Notes under the pieces: generated by a model
What the model was told of the DNA's origin: nothing
What the model saw: the letters and a program-made list of their open reading frames with translations, nothing else
Databases searched by the model: none
Translations under genes and position numbers: made by a program
In this document: one piece after another, positions 47,974-59,404 of the stretch
How the letters are laid out: the number at the start of each line of letters is the position of its first letter
How positions within the stretch are numbered: position 1 is the stretch's first letter
NCBI GenBank assembly: GCA_963682015.1
Contig: OY820932.1
Span: 354,804-418,803, forward strand
Direction: 5' to 3'
Length of the DNA stretch: 64,000 bases
Origin: Smithellaceae bacterium
GTDB taxonomy: Bacteria; Desulfobacterota; Syntrophia; Syntrophales; Smithellaceae

Positions 47974-49635
47974 ATGATACTTGGTATTGACGTCGGCGGA
48001 ACTCATACAGACGCCGTTCTGGTTCAAAATTTCCAACTGATCAAGAAGGCCAAAGTACTCACGAATCAGGCAAATATTATGGCTTCGCTTCTCGAAGCAG
48101 CCGAAAAACTTATTTCGTCAAGTAATATCAACAACATTGAAAGGATTGTCTTAAGCACGACAATCTCGACCAACGCGATCGTTCAAAACAAAACCAATCA
48201 GGTGGCAATGGTCTTGTTGAGTGGTCCAGGTCTGTCACCAGCCACACTGAATCTAGGCCGCGATACTTTTTTTGTTCAGGGCTATGTGAATCATCGCGGC
48301 ATCCCTGTTAAAAATGTCAACAGCCGGGAAATTGAACGTACGAGCAATATGATTTCAGATAAAAACATCCGTCAGATAGGGATTGTCGGTAAATTCTCCA
48401 GCCGGAATCCGCAGCAGGAACTCGATGTGGCCGAACTGCTCCGGAACGACTCCCGGAATATTTCACTGGGACATACTCTGTCCGGCCAGTTGAATTTTCC
48501 CCGCCGTATCGCAACAACCTATCTCAACGCGGCTATTCACGACATTTATGGCAATTTCGTAAAAGACGTACAAAAATTCGTGGTCAAAATCGGTTCGGAC
48601 ATTCCTGTCTATATCCTGAAAGCGGACGGCGGTACTATCCTGATCGATAAATCCGTGAACTGCCCGGTACAGACGATTCACTCCGGTCCTGCCGCAGGCA
48701 TCATGGGTGTTTTGGCGACGGCCTGCATCAAGGAAGATGCCGTGGCACTCGATATCGGAGGCACCACAACCGACATTTCGGTATTCGCCGATGGCGTTCC
48801 CCTGCTTGAACCATCCGGCGTTACCATAAACGGCCGCAAAACACTCATCCGTGGACTTTACACAAAATCGATCGGCATAGGCGGCGACAGCGTTGTGAAA
48901 ATTGAAAAAGGAGCAATCCAGATCGGACCTCAGCGGGAAGGACCGGCCGCCGCAGTAGGCGGGCCATTTCCAACTCCCACGGATGCGATGATTGTCGAGG
49001 GCATTGTTGATTTCGGCGATAAACAAAAGGCCGCTGAGGCAATGGCTGGAATCGCCAGGAAATTAAATATGGACGTCCAAGCTGCGGCAAAAGCTGTTGT
49101 GGAAAAGACCGCAGCGTTGATTTCTGAGAGCGTCCTTCAGACACTGACAGAAATCAATAACAAACCGGTTTATACCATTCACGAACTGCTGGAAGGAAAG
49201 ATCATTAAACCGAAAATGATTTATGTTGTCGGCGGCCCCGCCGTAATCGCGCCTTTCATCGCCCAAAACCTCAACCTCGCCTATTCCATTCCGGAACACT
49301 CGGAAGTTTCCAATGCTCTGGGGGTGGCCCTGGCCAGAACAACCGCTGAAATTACCATCCTCGCGGATACGGAAAAAAGAGAGCTGATCATCAGTGAAGA
49401 AGGATGCAAACAAGATATTCCCCGCAACTTCTCGCTTTCGGACGCCGTTGAAACCGGCAGGCAGGCCCTCCGCCAGAAGGCCGTCCTGATGGGCGCACAG
49501 CCTGAGGACATAATCATGGAAGTCACCGAATCTCAGGAGTTCAACATGATCCGGGATTTTTACACAACGGGAAAAAATATCCGCGTTAAGGTTCAGATAA
49601 AGCCAGGGCTGATTTCCGCGGGCGCTGAAAGGTAA
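47974..49635 (+). CDS. Hydantoinase/oxoprolinase A-family ATPase
   Basis: GIDVGGTHTD, SGPAAG, DIGGTTTD, GIGGDS, PTPTDA, NALG. Confidence 0.88.
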   Translation: MILGIDVGGTHTDAVLVQNFQLIKKAKVLTNQANIMASLLEAAEKLISSSNINNIERIVLSTTISTNAIVQNKTNQVAMVLLSGPGLSPATLNLGRDTFFVQGYVNHRGIPVKNVNSREIERTSNMISDKNIRQIGIVGKFSSRNPQQELDVAELLRNDSRNISLGHTLSGQLNFPRRIATTYLNAAIHDIYGNFVKDVQKFVVKIGSDIPVYILKADGGTILIDKSVNCPVQTIHSGPAAGIMGVLATACIKEDAVALDIGGTTTDISVFADGVPLLEPSGVTINGRKTLIRGLYTKSIGIGGDSVVKIEKGAIQIGPQREGPAAAVGGPFPTPTDAMIVEGIVDFGDKQKAAEAMAGIARKLNMDVQAAAKAVVEKTAALISESVLQTLTEINNKPVYTIHELLEGKIIKPKMIYVVGGPAVIAPFIAQNLNLAYSIPEHSEVSNALGVALARTTAEITILADTEKRELIISEEGCKQDIPRNFSLSDAVETGRQALRQKAVLMGAQPEDIIMEVTESQEFNMIRDFYTTGKNIRVKVQIKPGLISAGAER

Positions 49636-49640
49636 AGAAC

Positions 49641-50951
49641 ATGTCCATAAAAGAAAAGAAAACAGGTCTCGTTTTTTTTCCGGCTTTTGACTGGGCCATC
49701 TCTCTCAACCACCCGGAGCGCGAAGAACGGTTGCTCTATACCCAGGATCAGGTTTTTGAAGAAGGACTGCTGGATTTCCCCAACATTCTGGAATACAAAC
49801 CGGGGATTGCCACTTATGCAGATATCAACCGCTGTCACATCTGTGTGCCAAACCCGCAAAATCTGACAACCAATTCCCACCTGATTTCAGCCGGAGGCGC
49901 GATTACGGCCGCCCAAAAAGTTCTGACCGGTGAAGTGGATAACGCCTTTGCCCTGGTCCGGCCCCCCGGCCATCATTCCATGCTGGTTGCCCACGGAGCG
50001 CGCGGGTTTTGCAACATCAATATTGAAGCCGTCATGATTGAATACATTCGGCAAAAATTCGGCATTAAGAGAATCGCCGTCGTTGATACGGATTGTCATC
50101 ATGGCGACGGTACCCAGGATATTTACTGGAATGACCCGGATATTTTGTGCATCTCGATGCACCAGGACGGACGAACCCTTTATCCGGGAACAGGCTTCAT
50201 CGATGACTTTGGCGGCCCCAATGCGCTGGGCGCCACCATCAACATTCCGCTGCCTCCGCGTACATCGGATGAAGGGTTTCTGTTCGCTTTGGACAATGTC
50301 ATCCTTCCGATTCTGGACGAGTTCCAACCCGAAATTATCATCAACTCAGCGGGGCAGGATAACCATTACAGCGATCCGATCACTAACATGAATTTCAGCG
50401 CCCAGGGTTACGCGCTTTTAAATGAAAAGCTCGCGCCCCATATCGCGGTGCTGGAAGGCGGATACTCCATCGAAAAAGCCCTGCCCTACGTGAACGTCGG
50501 CATTATTCTCGCCATGGCCGGTCTCGACTACAGTCAGGTGCGTGAACCGGATTATGATGCTCAGCGCATTCGGCAATCATCGGAAGTCACCCGGCTTATT
50601 GAAAATGAAGTAAAAAACGTGATGACACTGTGGAAGAAAAAGAAAAATCTGAAAAAACAGATCGTCGGGTCGGCCGCATACATCCGCCGCGAGAAGAATA
50701 TTTACTATGACACGGATGATATTTCGGAAAAACAAATCGAAACCGTGCGCGTCTGCGACGACTGCGGCGGTCTGGTAATGATTGAATCGGCTGCCGATAC
50801 GGGCAAGAAGATCTTCGCGGTAATCCTGCCCAACGCCTGCTGCCCCGAATGCCGCAAGAATGGAGAAATATTTTTTGACCGGATCAACGGCGCGCAATAC
50901 AATCACATTTATTTTCAGGACAGGCAAAGAGACATCTTCATCATGAAGTAA
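49641..50951 (+). CDS. Histone deacetylase-family amidohydrolase with C-terminal Cys cluster
   Basis: HPE, RPPGHH, GFC, DCHHGDGT, SAGQD, LEGGY; tail CDDC...CCPEC. Confidence 0.9.
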   Translation: MSIKEKKTGLVFFPAFDWAISLNHPEREERLLYTQDQVFEEGLLDFPNILEYKPGIATYADINRCHICVPNPQNLTTNSHLISAGGAITAAQKVLTGEVDNAFALVRPPGHHSMLVAHGARGFCNINIEAVMIEYIRQKFGIKRIAVVDTDCHHGDGTQDIYWNDPDILCISMHQDGRTLYPGTGFIDDFGGPNALGATINIPLPPRTSDEGFLFALDNVILPILDEFQPEIIINSAGQDNHYSDPITNMNFSAQGYALLNEKLAPHIAVLEGGYSIEKALPYVNVGIILAMAGLDYSQVREPDYDAQRIRQSSEVTRLIENEVKNVMTLWKKKKNLKKQIVGSAAYIRREKNIYYDTDDISEKQIETVRVCDDCGGLVMIESAADTGKKIFAVILPNACCPECRKNGEIFFDRINGAQYNHIYFQDRQRDIFIMK

Positions 50952-50965
50952 CACCGAGAGGAAAA

Positions 50966-51361
50966 ATGAGCGACCCATCCATCACGGAAAAAACACAAAA
51001 AACAGCGGACAAACTTTTTGCCGGTGGCGCGAAACTGGAGCGCCCCTATTCTCTGTGGCGTGAGTTTGATGTTGAACTGGCCAATGATTTCTCAAGATTT
51101 ATTACCGGCAACCTGTATTCCAGAGAAGTTCTGACCATCCAGGAGCGTCAGATGGCGGCCTGCGCTATGCTGGCGGCCCTGAAATCCCGGGATGAGTTGA
51201 AAGTGCATGCCAACGCCGCTTTGAACGTGGGTTGCAATCCGAAAAAACTGGTGGAAATCTTTTTTCAGACGGCGACATACGCCGGCATGCCCGCCGTCAA
51301 CGAGGCGCTGGCCGCCTTCAAGGAAGTTTTACAGGCGCGCGGCGAATGGCCAATCCGTTAA
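50966..51361 (+). CDS. Carboxymuconolactone decarboxylase-family protein
   Basis: YSR..L...ER, ELKVH..AALNVG and YAGMP motifs. Confidence 0.88.
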   Translation: MSDPSITEKTQKTADKLFAGGAKLERPYSLWREFDVELANDFSRFITGNLYSREVLTIQERQMAACAMLAALKSRDELKVHANAALNVGCNPKKLVEIFFQTATYAGMPAVNEALAAFKEVLQARGEWPIR

Positions 51362-51371
51362 ACGTCAAAGG

Positions 51372-52901
51372 ATGTTTTCATTGCTTTTCAAGCCCCGATG
51401 GATCAAGGATGAACATCTGAAAACAGACTGGCGATATCTTATCATCGGGATGGGAGTAACGGCCCTGATCCTCGGACGGTTGACGGAATCCCTTGCAGAT
51501 CCTGATTTATGGGGGTACCTGTCCTTCGGGCGCTTATTCTGGAACCGCCTTGAAATCCCATATTCCGATACATTCTCATATACCTCCACAAAAACTTTCT
51601 GGGTATATCATGAGTGGCTTACAGGCGTCATCTTCTACCCGATTTATCAGGTTCTGGGGCCTGCCGGATTGCAGGGGCTGAAATACATTATCGGTCTTTT
51701 AACCGCTCTCCTGATTTACAGGACGGCCCGGGTACGGGGAGCATCACCGGAAACCTCCGTCATCTGCCTTCTCTTGATCAGTCCTTTCTTCAGTTTCGCC
51801 TACTCTCCCGTACGAGCACAGGTATTTACGAATTTCTTCCTTGTTCTGACTTTATATGTTCTTGAAAGAACCAAGCGGACCAACCGGCCAACCCATCTCT
51901 GGTGCCTGGTTCCAGTGTTTCTTTGCTGGGCAAATCTTCACGGAGGCTTTGTCGCCGGGCTTGGCGTTATCGGCCTTTTTGCGGCCGGCCAAACTCTGTC
52001 GAAACAAAGATCAGCGCCATACTGGGTCATCCTGGCTCCTGCTGCATCGATTACATTGGTTAATCCCTATGGCTGGCGATACTGGACGTATCTAAAAGAT
52101 GCCCTGTTCATGCCGCGACCGGATATCAGTGAGTGGCATTCCGTTTTCCTGGCCCTGCAAAACGGGGATTTCTCGTCAAACATTATGATCTTTCTCATTC
52201 TTTTTGTTCTGGCCTTGCTGATGCTGATCACTGTAAGAAAACGTCACTGGTCCGATATTTTTCTGGTCATGGCGACTTCTTTTCTGGCCTTCAAGCATGT
52301 CAGACATCAAAGTCTGTTCTTTCTGATTATCGGTTGTTGCGGCCCCCTCTATTTTACTCATGCATGGAACAGCATTCAGCTGCCCGTGACCCAAACAGAC
52401 CGGTGGAAAAAAGCAGTCAACCTTCTTGTACCGCTATTGTTTCTCTGCCTGCTTCTTTTTTTCGGCACCCGTTTTATTACCGGGCATCCTTTGAACCTTA
52501 CCGTGCGCAATACTCCGCCGGAAGAAAGCTCGGAAGATAATTATCCAGCAGGTGCAGTCGATTTTATCCGGAAGAGTAAACTCCGGGGCAACATCCTTAC
52601 GGAGTTTAACTGGGGAGAATATATCATCTGGAACCTGCCCGAAAGCCGGGTGGCCATGGATGGCCGATATGAAACGGTCTATACGGAAAAGTCATCTCGG
52701 GATTATTTTCATTTCACGAAGGGCGGTTCAGGTTGGCGGGACTATCTTAACGAGTATCCTCACGACATGATTCTTTTCCGGCGTGAAAGCCCCATCAGTA
52801 CAACATTGCGCAGAATACCAGACTGGCTGGAAGTCTATTCCGACGCGGACTGTGTTTTATTCATCCGCAAAAGCAATGCCTTGATAGAAAATCGTGATTG
52901 A
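51372..52901 (+). CDS. Polytopic GT-C-fold membrane protein (STT3/OST-like), paralog of 25543..27027
   Basis: DPDLWGYLSFGR, WVYHEWLTGVIFY, WANLHGG, ISEW, WGE...VAMDGRYETVY. Confidence 0.65.
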   Translation: MFSLLFKPRWIKDEHLKTDWRYLIIGMGVTALILGRLTESLADPDLWGYLSFGRLFWNRLEIPYSDTFSYTSTKTFWVYHEWLTGVIFYPIYQVLGPAGLQGLKYIIGLLTALLIYRTARVRGASPETSVICLLLISPFFSFAYSPVRAQVFTNFFLVLTLYVLERTKRTNRPTHLWCLVPVFLCWANLHGGFVAGLGVIGLFAAGQTLSKQRSAPYWVILAPAASITLVNPYGWRYWTYLKDALFMPRPDISEWHSVFLALQNGDFSSNIMIFLILFVLALLMLITVRKRHWSDIFLVMATSFLAFKHVRHQSLFFLIIGCCGPLYFTHAWNSIQLPVTQTDRWKKAVNLLVPLLFLCLLLFFGTRFITGHPLNLTVRNTPPEESSEDNYPAGAVDFIRKSKLRGNILTEFNWGEYIIWNLPESRVAMDGRYETVYTEKSSRDYFHFTKGGSGWRDYLNEYPHDMILFRRESPISTTLRRIPDWLEVYSDADCVLFIRKSNALIENRD

Positions 52902-52976
52902 CTTACTGTTCAGCGATGTATTAAAGAAAAAAACACTGAGCCATAAACAATCCCGTCATTGAGCAAAGCAGGTTGT

Positions 52977-54575
52977 ATGTCGATCATCGTGAACAAAATC
53001 ACGAATACCCTCTTTCAAAAACCCTGGTTTCTGTATGTCGGGTTTCTATTGCTGATCATTATCTTGAAGTGGTCTTTTATTGCCATGCCTCCAGTGTGGG
53101 ACGAGGCGTTCAGCATATTCCCAGCGGCGGACTTTCTTGTAACACACGGTTTTGATTACACCCTGCTGCTGGCCCAACCCGATTATTCCGAAGGAGGACC
53201 GACGGCGCATGCGTTATCCCTGCTGACTCTGGCTACAGCACTCATATTGAAAGGAACCGGCGGCGGTAAAACAGCCTGGATCATTCTGCATATCATGCAA
53301 TGGCTGATGATGGCGGCAATCGGTGCGATGCTGGCGCGGATTTACGTTGTATTGTTTGATAAGGTTCCGGCATTGCTGCTTTCCATCATCACGCTGTGTT
53401 ACCCGTTGATGCTGGTTCAGGCCGGCTACATGTACATAGAAGTCCCGTTGCTTTTTTTTACTGTGCTGGCATTCCATCACTATCGTAATGATCGAATATG
53501 GTTTTGCTCTCTGTTCCTTGTTGCCGCCTGCATGATCAAAGAAAGCGGTGTAATAGCCGTTGGGGCAATGGTCTTATTGGCGTTGTTCGAGAATTCAGGT
53601 ACGGTTGGACGTAAAGCCAAGAAAGCTTGTATTCTATTCTTCCCCGCCACAACCGTGGTTCTGGCACTGCTGGTTTTTTGCGGATATAAAAGTGATTTGT
53701 CCATTGCATTTGCCAAACCTGATACCCTTGGGTATGTGATTCAGACGTTCTTTGTCAGCAATCTTTCCGTCTACAAAGATTATATCTCTTACATTCCCGA
53801 ACTGATTGTTATTGCGGTTGAAAGCATCTTTCTATCCGCTTTCTTCGTCATCAGGCACGCTCTCCAACAGATAAAGGCAAAACCGGAAGAATCCGATATA
53901 ATCATATTCAGCAGTCTGCTCGTCCTTGCATTTTGTCTGTTTCACTTTATCGTCTATCCCCTGATGCAAACGAGCAATAGCCATTTCTTATCCAGATACT
54001 TTTTTTATTTGCTTCCTTCCATGTTCCTGATGATTTATTACCCCATCGATCGTGCTTTTAAAAAAAGCGCTGTAAAAGAAATTCTTCTCGTTGCACTCAT
54101 TCTTGTCTGTCTTTTCAACCGCACGGGATCCCTTTACCCATCAATTCCCTTCTCCAGCATTGCCATGGCGGAACGGTCGGAAGAATACATTAACGGTTAT
54201 CGAGTGCAAAAGGACTATATCGCCATGATTGAAAATAAAATATCAAAAAACGTGCCGGTCTATGTCAGCCTTCCGGATTATTTTTTGACCCACTATACCG
54301 TTTCCGGATATGTTACAAAACCGCTTCCGAATGTCCATTTTATAGGTAACGTTTTAAAGAACACCGGCAAGCTCTTCCGATATCCCGATCACTTTGTCCT
54401 GGTTTATAGTTACCCGCGGTCAGGTGGAGCAATCATCCAGATGATGGTTGAAGATTTGACCAGAAAGGATAATTTTTCCATTAAAATGTTGGGAAATTTC
54501 AAAAAAGGGGATTTCAGCGCTTATGTTGTTGAAATCAAAAAACGCAGGAGCATGGATGTCAAGGGGACAAATTGA
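52977..54575 (+). CDS. GT-C (ArnT/PMT-like) membrane glycosyltransferase
   Basis: WDE after TM1, EVP, KESG, RY; many TMs. Confidence 0.6.
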   Translation: MSIIVNKITNTLFQKPWFLYVGFLLLIIILKWSFIAMPPVWDEAFSIFPAADFLVTHGFDYTLLLAQPDYSEGGPTAHALSLLTLATALILKGTGGGKTAWIILHIMQWLMMAAIGAMLARIYVVLFDKVPALLLSIITLCYPLMLVQAGYMYIEVPLLFFTVLAFHHYRNDRIWFCSLFLVAACMIKESGVIAVGAMVLLALFENSGTVGRKAKKACILFFPATTVVLALLVFCGYKSDLSIAFAKPDTLGYVIQTFFVSNLSVYKDYISYIPELIVIAVESIFLSAFFVIRHALQQIKAKPEESDIIIFSSLLVLAFCLFHFIVYPLMQTSNSHFLSRYFFYLLPSMFLMIYYPIDRAFKKSAVKEILLVALILVCLFNRTGSLYPSIPFSSIAMAERSEEYINGYRVQKDYIAMIENKISKNVPVYVSLPDYFLTHYTVSGYVTKPLPNVHFIGNVLKNTGKLFRYPDHFVLVYSYPRSGGAIIQMMVEDLTRKDNFSIKMLGNFKKGDFSAYVVEIKKRRSMDVKGTN

Positions 54576-54714
54576 ATTATTAATGACTTGAGCTTTCCCA
54601 ATAGGAACGAGCGAGTCTGGCCGGATATTCCATGATCTTTGTCGGACGAAACGACGTAAAAGTGTACCATGAATCATACCGGATGCTGAAAAACGCAGAA
54701 ACCCGTTACAGAAC

Positions 54715-55587
54715 TCAACCGTCAATTTCCGGCTTGTGCAGCCAGGTCACAATGACAATGGAAGACAGGATCAATACTCCACCCGCGACAATACGCAGTG
54801 TCAGGTTTTCCTGAAAAATCAGCATTCCCAGTATGACGGCATAGAGAATGCGCGACGTTGAAACCAGCGACCCGGCCCGCGCCGTGATATATTTGTAGCC
54901 GTAGGTAATGCAGACCTGTCCGACAACGCCAACCGCTCCCGAAGCCAGCAGAAGCACCCACTGGCTGCCCCGGGGCCAGACAAACACCGGTAGCATCGTC
55001 AACCCGTTCAAAACCATCCCGATCGACATCAGATAAAAAAGGATCAAAACAGTCGAATCATTTTTTCTTGCCATGTTCAAAGTAATAATCGCGAAAGCGG
55101 AAATTATGCCGGACAGCAATCCAAACACATCTCCCTTGTTAATGGAACCCAGGCTGGGATTGATTACCAGCCAGATGCCGGCCAGAGCCATGATCAGCAC
55201 AAGATATAAAAAAGGCGATATCTTTTCTTCCCTGAAAAAAAGCGGCGCAAAGAGGAAAATAAAAAAGGGATACGTCATATTGAGCATGTGCGTGTTGGTA
55301 ATGGTCGTGTAATGCGATGCCAGAAAGAATAAAATCACCGCAATCGTGTTGAGAACGCCTCGCCAGATTAAAAGAGATAATTTATTAGGCACCAGGGAAA
55401 TAGAATTTTTATAAACAATCACTGAAGCAACAATCCAGCCCAGAAAAAAACGCGTAAAGGTTACTTCCAGAGCGGAAACACTGGATGAACTGGTCAAAAG
55501 CTTGGAAAAGACGGTCGATACGGTAAAACATAATTCCGATATCAGCAGAAAAATGATGCCTCTATAAATAAGATTGGTTTTCAACAT
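54715..55587 (-). CDS. DMT/EamA family transporter
   Basis: About ten TMs in two EamA repeats. Confidence 0.88.
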   Translation of the reverse strand: MLKTNLIYRGIIFLLISELCFTVSTVFSKLLTSSSSVSALEVTFTRFFLGWIVASVIVYKNSISLVPNKLSLLIWRGVLNTIAVILFFLASHYTTITNTHMLNMTYPFFIFLFAPLFFREEKISPFLYLVLIMALAGIWLVINPSLGSINKGDVFGLLSGIISAFAIITLNMARKNDSTVLILFYLMSIGMVLNGLTMLPVFVWPRGSQWVLLLASGAVGVVGQVCITYGYKYITARAGSLVSTSRILYAVILGMLIFQENLTLRIVAGGVLILSSIVIVTWLHKPEIDG

Positions 55588-55752
55588 ACTGGAACTATAA
55601 GAAAGTCCTCCTGCCCTGTCAACCCCGGTATTTGCAAGTTGCAGGCATCAATTATGATCATTGATTGCACCTTCATTGATGGACAAATGATTGTCAGCTT
55701 TCACATATTATGCTACTTACCTGCCCGGTTTTTTGGGGAAAGGCGATGCTGT

Positions 55753-56559
55753 ATGAATACCAACACTGAAAAAGATACCCTGGTACAATTACAGGCACTC
55801 ATCGAGTTGATCAGGAGACTGCGAGCACCGGACGGGTGCCCGTGGGACCAGAAACAAACCAAGCAGGACATCGGCAAATATCTTCTCGACGAATCATATG
55901 AAGTGCTTGACGCCCTGGCTGAAAACAATCCACAGCATATTCGTGAAGAACTGGGTGATCTCCTGTTCCAGATTCTGTTTATCGCCGAAATTGCATCCGA
56001 ATCGGAAGAGTTTACACTGGCGGACGTAATGGTCTCCGTTAAAGAAAAAATGATCCGGCGTCATCCGCACGTCTTTGGGGAAGTCAAGGTCCACTCGATT
56101 GCCGATGTAAAAGCTAACTGGCAGGAAATCAAACGACAGGAAAAAGGCGGCCGGATTTCAACGGATGAACTGTTCGGCAATATTCCCCGGTCAATGCCCT
56201 CTTTGAAAAGAGCGCAGAAAATCACCTCCTTCGCCGCCCGTTTCGGCTTTGACTGGTCCAATGCCGAAGATGTTCTGAAAAAAATTCAGGAAGAACTCGA
56301 AGAACTGGCCCAGGCAAGAAATAAAGGCAGTGCTGAGAAAATTGAAGAAGAACTGGGCGATATCTTTTTCACTCTGGTAAACCTCTGCCGTTTTCTTTCC
56401 GTTGATGCCGAAAAGGCAGCGTCTGTCACGATTGACAAATTCACCCGGCGCTTTTCCTATATTGCTCAAAAATTGTCCGAACGTAATCAATCGCTTTCTG
56501 AAGCAACGCTGGACGAAATGGACTTGCTCTGGAATGAAGCGAAGGCAAAGGGGATCTGA
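55753..56559 (+). CDS. mazG: Nucleoside triphosphate pyrophosphohydrolase
   Basis: GCPWD.KQT, EELGDLL, RRHPHVF, GFDW and a second EELGD. Confidence 0.95.
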   Translation: MNTNTEKDTLVQLQALIELIRRLRAPDGCPWDQKQTKQDIGKYLLDESYEVLDALAENNPQHIREELGDLLFQILFIAEIASESEEFTLADVMVSVKEKMIRRHPHVFGEVKVHSIADVKANWQEIKRQEKGGRISTDELFGNIPRSMPSLKRAQKITSFAARFGFDWSNAEDVLKKIQEELEELAQARNKGSAEKIEEELGDIFFTLVNLCRFLSVDAEKAASVTIDKFTRRFSYIAQKLSERNQSLSEATLDEMDLLWNEAKAKGI

Positions 56560-56563
56560 AACC

Positions 56564-56749
56564 ATGGACTATTTCCTGTGCGTCATCGGCATGGTATTTA
56601 TTATAGAAGGGCTGCCCTACTTCGTTTTCCCCGATAAACTGAAAATTTATCTGATCAAAATGACCTCCCTGCCGGACTCCACCCTGCGGGGCATCGGCAT
56701 ATTCGCAATAATTCTTGGTCTGATTCTGCTTTATTTCGGGCGACGCTGA
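56564..56749 (+). CDS. DUF2065 (YjeT-like) small membrane protein
   Basis: IGMVFIIEGLPYF.FP...LR.IG pattern. Confidence 0.8.
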   Translation: MDYFLCVIGMVFIIEGLPYFVFPDKLKIYLIKMTSLPDSTLRGIGIFAIILGLILLYFGRR

Positions 56750-56819
56750 TGGTTTTCATTGACAGCCGCCTTATATTCTGATTACTTGCGCAAAATTTTT
56801 CCATTCAGTCAGGAAAGAC

Positions 56820-58992
<2,173 letters not shown>

Positions 58993-59016
58993 TAAAGAGC
59001 AAACTCAAAGGAGGGA

Positions 59017-59382
59017 ATGAAATTGATATCTACAGCATACGCCATGGGGGGTAATCAGGGAGCACCGGCACAGCAGAGTGGTGGCTTTGGTGACTGGAGC
59101 TTCATCATCATGATGGTAGTGATTTTCGCCATCTTCTATTTTTTAATGATCCGACCTCAGCAAAAAAAGCAAAAAGAACTCAAATCCATGCTGGATAATC
59201 TCGCATATGGCGACACGGTCATGACCACTGGCGGCATTCATGGCAAGGTTACAGGGCTTGCCGACGCGGTCGTCACACTGGAAATCGCCGATAAAGTCCG
59301 CATTAAAATTGCGCGCAGCGCGATTGCCGCGGTACTGCAGAAAGCCGGCTCGCCGGCTCCGGCACCCGCAACGAAGTCATAA
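59017..59382 (+). CDS. yajC: Preprotein translocase subunit YajC
   Basis: FYFLMIRPQQK, GD.V.T.GGI.G. Confidence 0.95.
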   Translation: MKLISTAYAMGGNQGAPAQQSGGFGDWSFIIMMVVIFAIFYFLMIRPQQKKQKELKSMLDNLAYGDTVMTTGGIHGKVTGLADAVVTLEIADKVRIKIARSAIAAVLQKAGSPAPAPATKS

Positions 59383-59404
59383 TACTTGAGGAAAGGGGCG
59401 TTTC

